Part shown: positions 22,793 through 31,621 of the stretch, in pieces
Numbering within the stretch: position 1 is the first letter of the stretch
Layout: every line of letters begins with the position of its first letter
DNA from: a bacterium
GTDB taxonomy: Bacteria; Patescibacteriota; Gracilibacteria; BD1-5; UBA6164
NCBI GenBank assembly: GCA_041642635.1
Contig: JBEPWB010000001.1
Coordinates: 1 to 49,198, forward strand
Length of the DNA: 49,198 nucleotides
Reading direction: 5' to 3'
Program-made: the position numbers and the translations under genes
The notes under the pieces: generated by a model
Told to the model about the DNA's origin: nothing
The model's database searches: none
What the model saw: the letters and a program-made list of their open reading frames with translations, nothing else

Positions 22793-24217
22793 ATGAAAAA
22801 ATTAGTTATATTATTTAGTATTATAATATTTATGATAAATGTAAATATTACTAATGCTAATATAGATTTAGTAGTTTCCCCTATAAGATACGAAATACAA
22901 GTAGATCCATGAGAAACAATACAAAAAACTGCAAAACTTATAAATAAGTCCGATATTACATACAAGATTGAAACTTGAGCTTCTGATTTTGAATCTAAAG
23001 ACCAATATTGAAATCCGAGCTTTGTAAGAGTAAATGAGTTAGATAATCAAAATCAATGATTAGCAAGTTGGATAAATATTGATAATCCTTGATTTATAAT
23101 AGAACCGAATCAAGAAGTTGAAATAGTTTTTGATATAAATATTCCTCAAAATGCAACTCCTTGATGACATTATGCATGAGTTTTTTTCAAAACAGTATGA
23201 AGTAACAATAGTTTATGAAGTAACTTACAAATAAAAGTAGATTATTGAGTATTAATACTCTTGAATGTGAGTTGAGAAATAATAGATAATACGTCTGTTT
23301 GAGAACCACTTATTAATATACAAAATTCAGAAATAACTTTATTAGATCAAAATTGAGAAATTCAAAATAACAGAAAAAAAGATATTTGTAAATTTATTGA
23401 TTTTACAAGTAGTGATACAGACTGAAAATGTTTTGATACAGAGTACTTTAATAATATAGCAAGTACAATAATAAATAAATTTAAAGGAGAAAACAAATAT
23501 ATTGAGCAAGAAGAAGAGAATAACTCAGAAGAAACTATTTTTAAAACATGATCTCTAAAAAATGATGATAATTTTTACATAGAAATAGATATCCCTTTTC
23601 AAAATGAAGGAAATACTCATGTTAAACCGGAATGAAAAATTATTCTAAAAGATGAAGATTGAAATGAAATAAAATGAATATGAAAAGAAATAATAAAAGA
23701 TGATAATTGAATGATAACGTGAGAAAAAATAGTTGATTATCTACCTATAAATGACCAATGAGGTAACGTATTACCAAATACAAAAAGAATATATAAAAGT
23801 GAATGGAATGGTTTTCCATACGAAAATTATGATGAAGAATGAAAAAAAACAATAAGCTATTGGACACCTTGAGAATATTATACAAACAAAAATATTTCTA
23901 ATTTATGACCAATTTTCCCATGGCAAAGAGTTAATGAAAAATTAGAACAAAAAACAATTAGCGCGCTAATAAATCTATGATATTATAACTATGAATGAGA
24001 AAATATAGAATTTAATTCAGCAGAAAAATTTGAAGTTGACTATAAAGTGAAATATATTTGAATCAATCCTTATTTCTTTCTATTTTGATGAATTGTAATA
24101 ATTTTTTTAATATTTTTCTGGATAATTATAAGAAAAATAACAAGAAAAAAATGTGAAACATGTAAAAAAACTATAAAAAAAGATATGAAAATTTGTCCAT
24201 ATTGTTGAGCCAAATAA
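22793..24217 (+). CDS. Surface protein with DUF916/NEW3-like Ig-fold N-domain, C-terminal TM anchor and cytoplasmic zinc ribbon (474 aa), CscA-like
   Basis: Signal peptide. VSPIRYEIQVDPGETI..LINKSD....WINID...IIEPNQEVEIVFDINIPQNATPGGHYAGVFF. TM helix INPYFFLFGGIVIIFLIFFWIII. CETC-x13-CPYC at 24152-24205. Confidence 0.65.
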
Positions 24218-24249
24218 AAAACAAGAAAATTATATTTTTCTTGTTTTTT
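24216..24249. terminator. Bidirectional terminator
   Basis: AAAAAACAAGAAAA-ttatat-TTTTCTTGTTTTTT. Confidence 0.7.
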
Positions 24250-24977
24250 TATCATAATGGATTTCTAGTTAAACTAGGAGTTTTTTGCCAAATTCTTTCT
24301 AAGTATCACAAATTTATCATGAATAAATCAATAATTTTATTATATTTCGTCCTGGTTTCTTGTTCGTAAAGTTTTTGAGTATCAGATTGTACTTGTTGTT
24401 GGTTTAATAACAAAGTATTATACGCAACTTCTATAAAAATATCTGTTTTCACATTCGCTAACCTTCAGCAACTTCCTCAAGTTCCCAAAAAATCTATTGC
24501 AGATTCTATAGAAACTGATTGTTGTTCATCAGGATTAGAATAAGCAAAATTATTTGTACATTCTATTGTTTCTTCATAGCTAGTTACACAAGCCTCTAAA
24601 TAAGAATTTTTAAATTCTCTTGCCTTATCTCTAATATCATTAACTCAATCAAAATAATTCAATTCTCATGCTCAAAAATATTTATCTTTTTGAGATGATA
24701 ATTCTTCCAAATAAATATCCATTTCTTCATCAATTTCTCTAAAATTCAAATCCATTGCAATTTGAGCTACTCTTTTTTCAGGAGGAGCTTGTAAACAAAC
24801 GAAATCATCAAATCCCCTCATAGAAGATCATTCATAAATATAATTTGTAGCATTATTTGGCATTATTTTTTGTATTTCGGAATTACACTGAGTTATTTCT
24901 GACTCATAATTACATGAATATGAAATAGGTAAAACTAAAAAAAATATAGCAAATAAATATAAAATTTTATAATTCAT
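24249..24977 (-). CDS. Hypothetical secreted/lipoprotein-like protein, 242 aa
   Basis: N-terminal hydrophobic segment ending in ..LPISYSC (lipobox-like). Several Cys. No family recognised. Confidence 0.5.
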
Positions 24978-25225
24978 TATTTTTTCTTAAAAAAATTAAT
25001 AGTTCAAACCATAGCTTTTCAAAAAAAACTATATGATTTTTTAAAAATATGTCATGATTTTTTAAAAATATTTGATGATTTCTGATAAACATTTCTTGTA
25101 ATAGTTTTTCATTTTTTTGTTTTTGAAAATCATACCATAGAAGCCACTGCTGTTCCTACAATAACTCAAGTAATTATTTTATCTATTTTATTTGCACCTA
25201 TTTTTACAGTTTTTTTCTTAAACAT
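24977..25225 (-). CDS. Small membrane/Gly-zipper protein, 82 aa
   Basis: GVIVGTAVASMVG helix. Its TAA overlaps the ATG of the downstream gene (TAATG). Contains a 21 nt tandem repeat. Confidence 0.4.
25034..25080. repeat. 21 nt tandem repeat, about 2.2 copies
   Basis: TGATTTTTTAAAAATATGTCA / TGATTTTTTAAAAATATTTGA / TGATT...; encodes KSSNIFKKSGHIFKKS on the minus strand. Confidence 0.8.
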
Positions 25226-25247
25226 AAGACGTATTTTTCATTATTTT

Positions 25248-25670
25248 TTAAATTTTTTGCACCTTTATATGTTTACTTGTAAAAGTAATTTTTGGTATAG
25301 TTATGACTAGTAAATTATTATCAAGATTTGCGTTAATACTATCAAAATCTAAATTTTCTGGCAAAATTATATTCCTAGAAAATTCTCACCAAAAACACTC
25401 ACTATTTTTTATTGAAATATCTCTAGAAAAAATATCTGGTCTTTTTCTGTAACCAGAAATAGTCAAAACTTGTTCATTAAAAGAAATATCTATATCATCC
25501 AAGTCAACTCAAGCAACTGGAGATAATAAAATCATTTCATTCTTTGTTTCAAGAATATCAACAGCAACTTGTCAAACTTCTTGATTTTCTTCGTCCAAGT
25601 AAAATTGCTCTTTTTTTTCACTAACTTCTTGGTAATCTTTATCACTTGTTACATTAAAAAATTTTCTCAT
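25248..25670 (-). CDS. Hsp20/alpha-crystallin small heat shock protein, 140 aa
   Basis: GQVAVDILETKNEMILLSPVAGVDLDDIDISFNEQVLTISGYR ... LDNNLLVITIPK. Confidence 0.85.
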
Positions 25671-25711
25671 AACTTTTTATTTAAAAAACTATATATTAAG
25701 TATAATATTTT

Positions 25712-25740
25712 TTGAAAAAATTCAAGAAAAATGATAAAAT
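25712..25740 (+). promoter_or_regulatory. Candidate sigma70-type promoter of pilC
   Basis: TTGAAA-17 nt-TAAAAT, 30 nt upstream of the ATG. Chance matches are likely in AT-rich DNA. Confidence 0.35.
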
Positions 25741-25770
25741 ATATAAAAGTTATTTATAAGAATAAAATTA

Positions 25771-26889
25771 ATGCCAAAATACACTAAATATTTAGAAGAA
25801 TTAAAGAAAAAATTCAGTAAAAATTCAGATATAAAAATCAGCTCTAAAGAAAAAATAAATCTTTTAGAGCAATTATCAAATCTGCTTTCTTCTGGGATTC
25901 CTCTTTTAAATAGTTTTAAAATTATAATGTATCAAACAAAAAACAAAAAAATAAAAAGACTCCTAAAATCAATAATTGAAAATATAAACAAATGAGATTC
26001 TTTAAGTGAAATTTTTTCAAAGCATAGAAAAATATTTTGAATTTTTGATATTTCTATAGTAGAAATGTGAGAAGTTACATGAAAACTTTGAGATTCTATA
26101 GAAACAATAAAAACAAAAGAAGAAAAATCACAAGAATTAAAATCAAAAATAATCTGAGCATTGATTTATCCAATAGTTATAGTTTGTTTATCTATAATTA
26201 TGATTTGAGTTTTTATGATTTATGTAATTCCAAAAATCGAACAAATGTATGTTGATGCAAAAGTTAACTTACCTGGATTAACAGCATGGGTTTTGGACGC
26301 ATCTAATTTTATACAAGATAATTTAACTTATATAATTATTTGAATTATTGCATTTGTTTTTTGAGTTATAACTTTCAAAAAAAACAAATTCACAAAAATT
26401 TATTGGGATAATTTTATAATTAGAATACCTATTTTTTGAATTTTAATCAAGAAAAAAACTCTTTCATTATTTACCACAAGTTTATGAATATTATTAAAAA
26501 ACTGAGTAATAATCAACAAATCACTAGAAATAAGCTCAAAAGCACTTGATAACGATTATTATGAAAAAGAACTAAAAAGTATTAATTCAAGAGTAAGTAA
26601 ATGAATTGAATTAAGTGCACTTATGTGAGTTAATGAAATACAAAGTGGTAAAGAGAATTTTTTATTCCCCATAGAATTAGCCTCAGTTGTAAAAATCTGA
26701 GAAGAAACTTGAAATCTTGCAAATTTGCTATTAAAAATTTGAAAAAAAATGGAAAAAGAAATTGACGATATTGTAAAAAATATTCAAACAGCAATCGAGC
26801 CACTAGTTATAGTGATTGTTTGATGAATAATTTGAGTATTAATAATGGCTATAATGCTTCCATTTTTTAATATGGTAAATGTTGTATAA
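25771..26889 (+). CDS. pilC: Type IV pilus / type II secretion platform protein (PilC/GspF family), 372 aa
   Basis: LSNLLSSGIPLLNSF, duplicated GspF-type repeat, ELASVVKIGEETGNL, C-terminal EPLVIVIVGGIIGVLIMAIMLPFFNM. Confidence 0.88.
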
Positions 26890-26924
26890 AAAAACTAGAT
26901 TTTATTATAAAATCTAGTTTTTTT
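26888..26924. terminator. Bidirectional terminator (pilC / trxA)
   Basis: AAAAAAACTAGATTT-tattata-AAATCTAGTTTTTTT. Confidence 0.75.
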
Positions 26925-26925
26925 A

Positions 26926-27237
26926 TTATAAGTATTTTGAACAAACTTCTTCTAATTTGTCTTTTGTTTGAACTCAAACCATTGTTTCCACTGGTTCTCA
27001 ATCTTTAAAAACAATTAAAGTTGGAATAGACATAACTCTGTATTTTACAGCTATTTCTTGTGCTTCATCTACATTAACTTTAGCAACCTTCATTTTTCCT
27101 TCCATTGAAGAAGAAAAATCATCTAAAATTGGTAACATTGTTTGACAAGGTCCACACCATTCAGCCCAAAAATCAACTAAAGTCACACCTTCTTTTATAG
27201 TTTCTGAAAAATTTTCATTGTTTAATACAAGTGTCAT
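26926..27237 (-). CDS. trxA: Thioredoxin, 103 aa
   Basis: WAEWCGPCQ active site. PTLIVFKD-[TGA=G]-EPVETMV-[TGA=G]-VQTK matches the conserved thioredoxin Gly positions. Confidence 0.92.
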
Positions 27238-27261
27238 AAAATCAAAAAATTATTAATAAAT

Positions 27262-27290
27262 TATATAATGAGAATTATTCTCATTTGTAA
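27262..27290 (-). promoter_or_regulatory. trxA promoter with a perfect palindromic operator in the spacer (Fur-family-like 7-1-7 box)
   Basis: On the minus strand: TTACAA - ATGAGAATAATTCTCAT - TATATA(AT). The full palindrome is AATGAGAAT-T-ATTCTCATT at 27267-27285. Confidence 0.45.
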
Positions 27291-27394
27291 TATCCTATTC
27301 ATTTTTATTATTTTGTCAAAAAGTAACTAAATAAAATATACTTTGTATAGTAATTATTTTTTTATTAATATCAACAAAATATTTTTTAAATTTG

Positions 27395-28276
27395 TTAGGT
27401 AATATTTCAAAATAAATCCTTAAAAACTTTTATAGCTAAGCTCTGATTTATAAAAAAAGGAGAAGTACAAACAGTTATTACATCAGCTTTTTTAAAAGAA
27501 TCTAAAACAACTTTTTTTTTCAAATCATAATCGATAAAATCCAAATCTGGCTGAAAAAAATCAAGATCAAGATTAAGAATTATTCAATTATTAGTATTTA
27601 TTTTGTTAGAAGTTTTAGATATTTGATTTATAGAATGAAGAGTGTTTGAATCCCAATCTTTGATTGGTTGAGTTTCTGAGTGAAATAAATTAAATTCTAA
27701 AACTTCATTTATACATGAAATATAATCTTTTGGAAAATAATTTTTTATATAATCTTGCAAATTATTAGTGTTTCTGATTTGAACAGTTTTTCAAATAATT
27801 CACTCATTTTCAGCTGGAATAATATAATCTCCCACATTCAAAACATTATTAGTAAAATCAAAAACTTTTTGTAATTCAAGGCTATCAGGTTTTAATAAAT
27901 TTTTATTATTATCTCTAGTATCAGCGTGTTCATCGATATGAAACAATAAATTATTATCACCAATTATTCCCCTATTTCTAGCTTCATACCAAAAATAAAA
28001 AGCATGATTATGATTATCAAAAAGTATTATTTCTTTTTTTCATACTTTTATTCTATAAAAATTTTTCAGTCAATAATTAGTTGATAAATTATCATCAAAA
28101 TCATAATCTTCAAAAGTAATTTTTGATTTATCATCTTGCAGTTCTATTTTGTCTAATTCACTGATATCAATATCTACAATACTTGGAATATATAATTTTT
28201 TGTTTTTTCTTTCTTCAAAACTAAAAGCATTATTTCAAACTGGTTTTTCTAGATAAAATCATTCTCTATAAAACAT
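27395..28276 (-). CDS. UPF0489 (C5orf22-like) family protein, 293 aa
   Basis: LFDNHNHAFYFWYEA...LLFHIDEHADT...LNLDLDFF...TVCTSPFFI pattern. Family assignment is from memory only. Confidence 0.5.
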
Positions 28277-28343
28277 TTTTTTCTTTTAAATTAAATATTT
28301 TTTGTTATTATATGCAAAATAAATTATTTTTCTAATTTTTATA

Positions 28344-28982
28344 ATGCTAAAAAAAGATATTCCAGAGTTTGCACAAAAACTTAACGAAATGTTTCCAAAT
28401 GCAAAAACTGAACTACATTACACAAACGAATTTCAATTATTAATAGCAATATTAATGTCAGCGCAAGCAACAGACAAACAAGTAAATATTGTGAATAAAA
28501 ATTTTTTTAATTTTTTGAGAACACCAAAAGATTGAGTCGAAATGGATTTGGATTATATAAAAGATTTTATAAATTCTATCTCGTTTTTTAACAACAAAGC
28601 AAAAAACATAAAAGCTACTTCAAAAATATTATACGAAGAATATGGCTCAAAAATACCAAAAAATATTGAAGAATTAACAAAATTACCGTGAGTTTGAATC
28701 AAAACAGCAAAAGTTTTTTTGGCGGTAATTGAAGATGCTCCATATATTTGAGTAGATACTCACGTTCATAGAGTACTTAACAGATTATGACTTGTTAACA
28801 CAAAAAATCCGCTAGAAACTGACAAAAAAATCAGCAAAAATTTTACAAAAAAAAATCACGCAATGCTTCATAATACTCTAGTATTGTTTTGAAGATATCA
28901 CTGCACTGCTAGAAAACCAAAATGTGAGACTTGTCCTTTTAAAGAAAAATGTAAATATTACAAAAAAACAAACAATTTTTAA
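28344..28982 (+). CDS. nth: Endonuclease III, 212 aa
   Basis: LLIAILMSAQATDKQVN, HhH LPGVGIKTAKV, DTHVHRV, 4Fe-4S cluster C-x6-C-x2-C-x5-C at the C-terminus. Confidence 0.9.
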
Positions 28983-28997
28983 ATTGTTTGTTTTTTT
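28962..28997. terminator. Bidirectional terminator (nth / pilin)
   Basis: AAAAAAACAAACAATTT..AAATTGTTTGTTTTTTT. Confidence 0.7.
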
Positions 28998-29003
28998 GTA
29001 ATA

Positions 29004-30353
29004 TTAATTATTTTTAAAACATCTAACAGAAAAACCACGAGAACGTCAATTAAAGCTACTAGCATAAATATTATTAGAACTAAAATACATTTGATCTCAA
29101 TTACTTCAATTAGGTGTACTAGACCAATAACCTCAATAATTTCATCAACTAAAGTTACCAGTATTACTTTCACGTATTCATGAATAAGGTAATTTAAGAT
29201 CAACTTGCATACTTGCTCCATCTGATCACCATCAACCAGCTACTATAATATCTGCCCACTCATTTTTTGATGGCACATGATATCAACTAATACAAGGTCA
29301 TTGTCTTTGTTCATCTGTTCATAATCAACCATTATGTCACCATAAATTATCATCTTGGCTTTCTAACCAATCATCTAAACTAGAAAAATTACTATTCCAC
29401 ACAAATCAATAAGTATCATTATCTGCATTATAACTAGAATTTGGAATCTTAGTAGATTGTTGTGATGTATCTCAAGAAGGAAATCATTTATTTCTACCCC
29501 ATTGAAAATAATTTCAACTTGAAACTGTCCAATCTGTACTAGCTGTTGATGTTCATATGTTACATGAAGAAACAGTATATCAAGTTCAAGATCAAGCACA
29601 GACTATTATATCTTTTGTGTCACATCATGAATAAGTTGTAGATGCCACTTCTATATCTCATAAAGAAGTACAAATTGAATAAGGATTTATAACTTCTGAT
29701 TCATTATTTGAACCAATATTATTAATAGTTTCCTCAATTTTAACAACTAAATTACTTCATGAAGAAGTTGTAGAATTATCTTCTCTTGTAAATACTGGGA
29801 TATATTCTGTAGTATTGTTTTCTAAATCTATATCTGTTGCAGATTCTAATTGATGAACTGGGGTTTTTGTTGTTCATTCTAATAATGTTCAAACTGGGTC
29901 TCAAATAGTATATGCTTCTCTATTTTCATAATCCGCATATGTTTGTGGTATTATGTTATTATATGCTGTTTCTCAATTTTCTAGCATTGATACTAATTGG
30001 TATCTTGTTTGGTTTGAATTTGTAGTATATGTATAGTATTCATCATCACTTGGATCTTTTGCTTCACTTACTCTTAATTGATTAAGAACTCATGTTCCAG
30101 CATATCATTGATGAGTATATGTTGTTCATCAACTTCATACACTTATTGCTTCTGTCGGCATTGGAACAATTCATTCTCTTGCTTGTTCTATTTGTAATCC
30201 TGTTCTTATTTGTCACAAGTCACTTATTCTCTTACTATCTCTTGATTCTGATGAATATCATTGTAAAGAGATAAAAGCTATTGTTCACAAAATTGCCAAA
30301 ATAGTAATTACTACTATTAACTCTACTAGTGTAAAACCTTTATTGTTTTGCAT
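29004..30353 (-). CDS. Type IV pilin-like protein with C-terminal Fibrobacter succinogenes major paralogous (FISUMP) domain, 449 aa
   Basis: MQNNKG/FTLVELIVVITILAILGTIAF prepilin motif. C-terminus has NYFQWGRN...GYHVPSKNEW...LKLPYSGIR...GGYWSST...RGFSVRCFKN. No in-frame TAA/TAG. Confidence 0.8.
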
Positions 30354-30394
30354 AATATAAAGGGGTTAAATTTTATTCTTTTGTGAGTTTACAA

Positions 30395-30456
30395 AAATAA
30401 ACTCTAGTAGAAAATTCTACTAGAGTTTATTTAACTGTTTTTTTAAATTTTTGCAA
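30395..30456 (-). promoter_or_regulatory. Second copy of the conserved pilin upstream module
   Basis: 16 bp inverted repeat AAATAAACTCTAGTAG / CTACTAGAGTTTATTT (30395-30432), with TTGCAA at 30451-30456 and TAAATA 17 nt downstream. Near-identical to 7689-7750. Confidence 0.5.
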
Positions 30457-30534
30457 GTTTATTTTGTCTTTTTTGGCTTGACAAAGAGAGTATTTTATTT
30501 TTAGTTTAGTTATATTTTATTAAAATTATAATAT

Positions 30535-30804
30535 CTAAACTATAATCTTTTTTTCTTTTTTCCATATAATAAATCATCTAATTAATAGAAAAAAACTTAC
30601 TCAATTTGCAAATAAAAATCAATACTGTTGAGCTATTACTGCAACTATTGATGCTAACGCAACAGAACTTGCAGTAAGTAAAAATCAAAACTCATTCTTT
30701 TTTGTAAGTAAAATTGTACCTGTTATACCTAATACAAAACTAATATAGTCTAATCAGTAGTATTTTGAAAATCAAACAAAAATCTCATTGATTAAAAAGT
30801 CCAT
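30535..30804 (-). CDS. Small membrane protein, 89 aa
   Basis: Three hydrophobic segments. Lies directly downstream of the ftsE-like gene. No family recognised. Confidence 0.45.
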
Positions 30805-30835
30805 TATAAATAATGTTTTAAAAATTAAATTTTTT

Positions 30836-31522
30836 CTACGTATTCAAATTATATACTCAATTCTCCACATCACTAATTATTTTTCTATCTTGAAAAGTAA
30901 TTACTCTTTTATTCATTGAATCTACAATTTTTGAATCATGAGTTGCCATAATTATAGTTTTTCACTCAGCGTTTAAATCTAGAAAAATATCCATAATTTC
31001 TTTTGCTGTTTCTGGATCTAGGTTTCAAGTTGGTTCATCTCATATAATCATTTTTGGATCGTGAACTAGGGCTCTTGCAATAGCTACTCTTTGTTTTTCT
31101 CATCAACTAAGCTCAAAAACAAATTTGTCTTTTTTAATTAGAAGTCATACTTTTTCAAGTGCTTCTGGTACTTTTTTTCTGATTAAATTATCGCTATAAC
31201 CGCAAACTTCCATAGCAAAAGCTACGTTTTCATATACCTTTTTTGATTCCAATAATTTATAATCTTGAAAAATAACTCAAATATCTCTTCTATAAGATAA
31301 AATAGTATCTTTTGTCATTCACTTATAAAGAGCTAAATTATTATCTAGAACTATTTCTCATCTTTCTGGGCGAAAATCTCAAATAAGTGATCTAATAAGT
31401 GAAGTTTTTCAGCTTCAAGAATGACCAATAATAAAAACAAATTCTCAAGTTTTTATTTCTACATCAATATCTTTTAAAATTACTTTATTTCTGAAAGAAA
31501 GGGTAAGATTATCTATTTTCAT
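30836..31522 (-). CDS. ftsE: ABC transporter ATP-binding protein, FtsE-like, 228 aa
   Basis: Walker A GHSGSGKTS, IGVIFQDYKLL, signature LSGGEKQRVAIARAL, Walker B MIIGDEPTGNLD. Confidence 0.8.
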
Positions 31523-31621
31523 TTTTACTTTTTTAAGTATTATTTATATTAAATCTATTCAAAAAATTATTTTTTGCAATTAAAAAGATTGTTTTTATAA
31601 CAAAACAATCTTTTTAATTTT

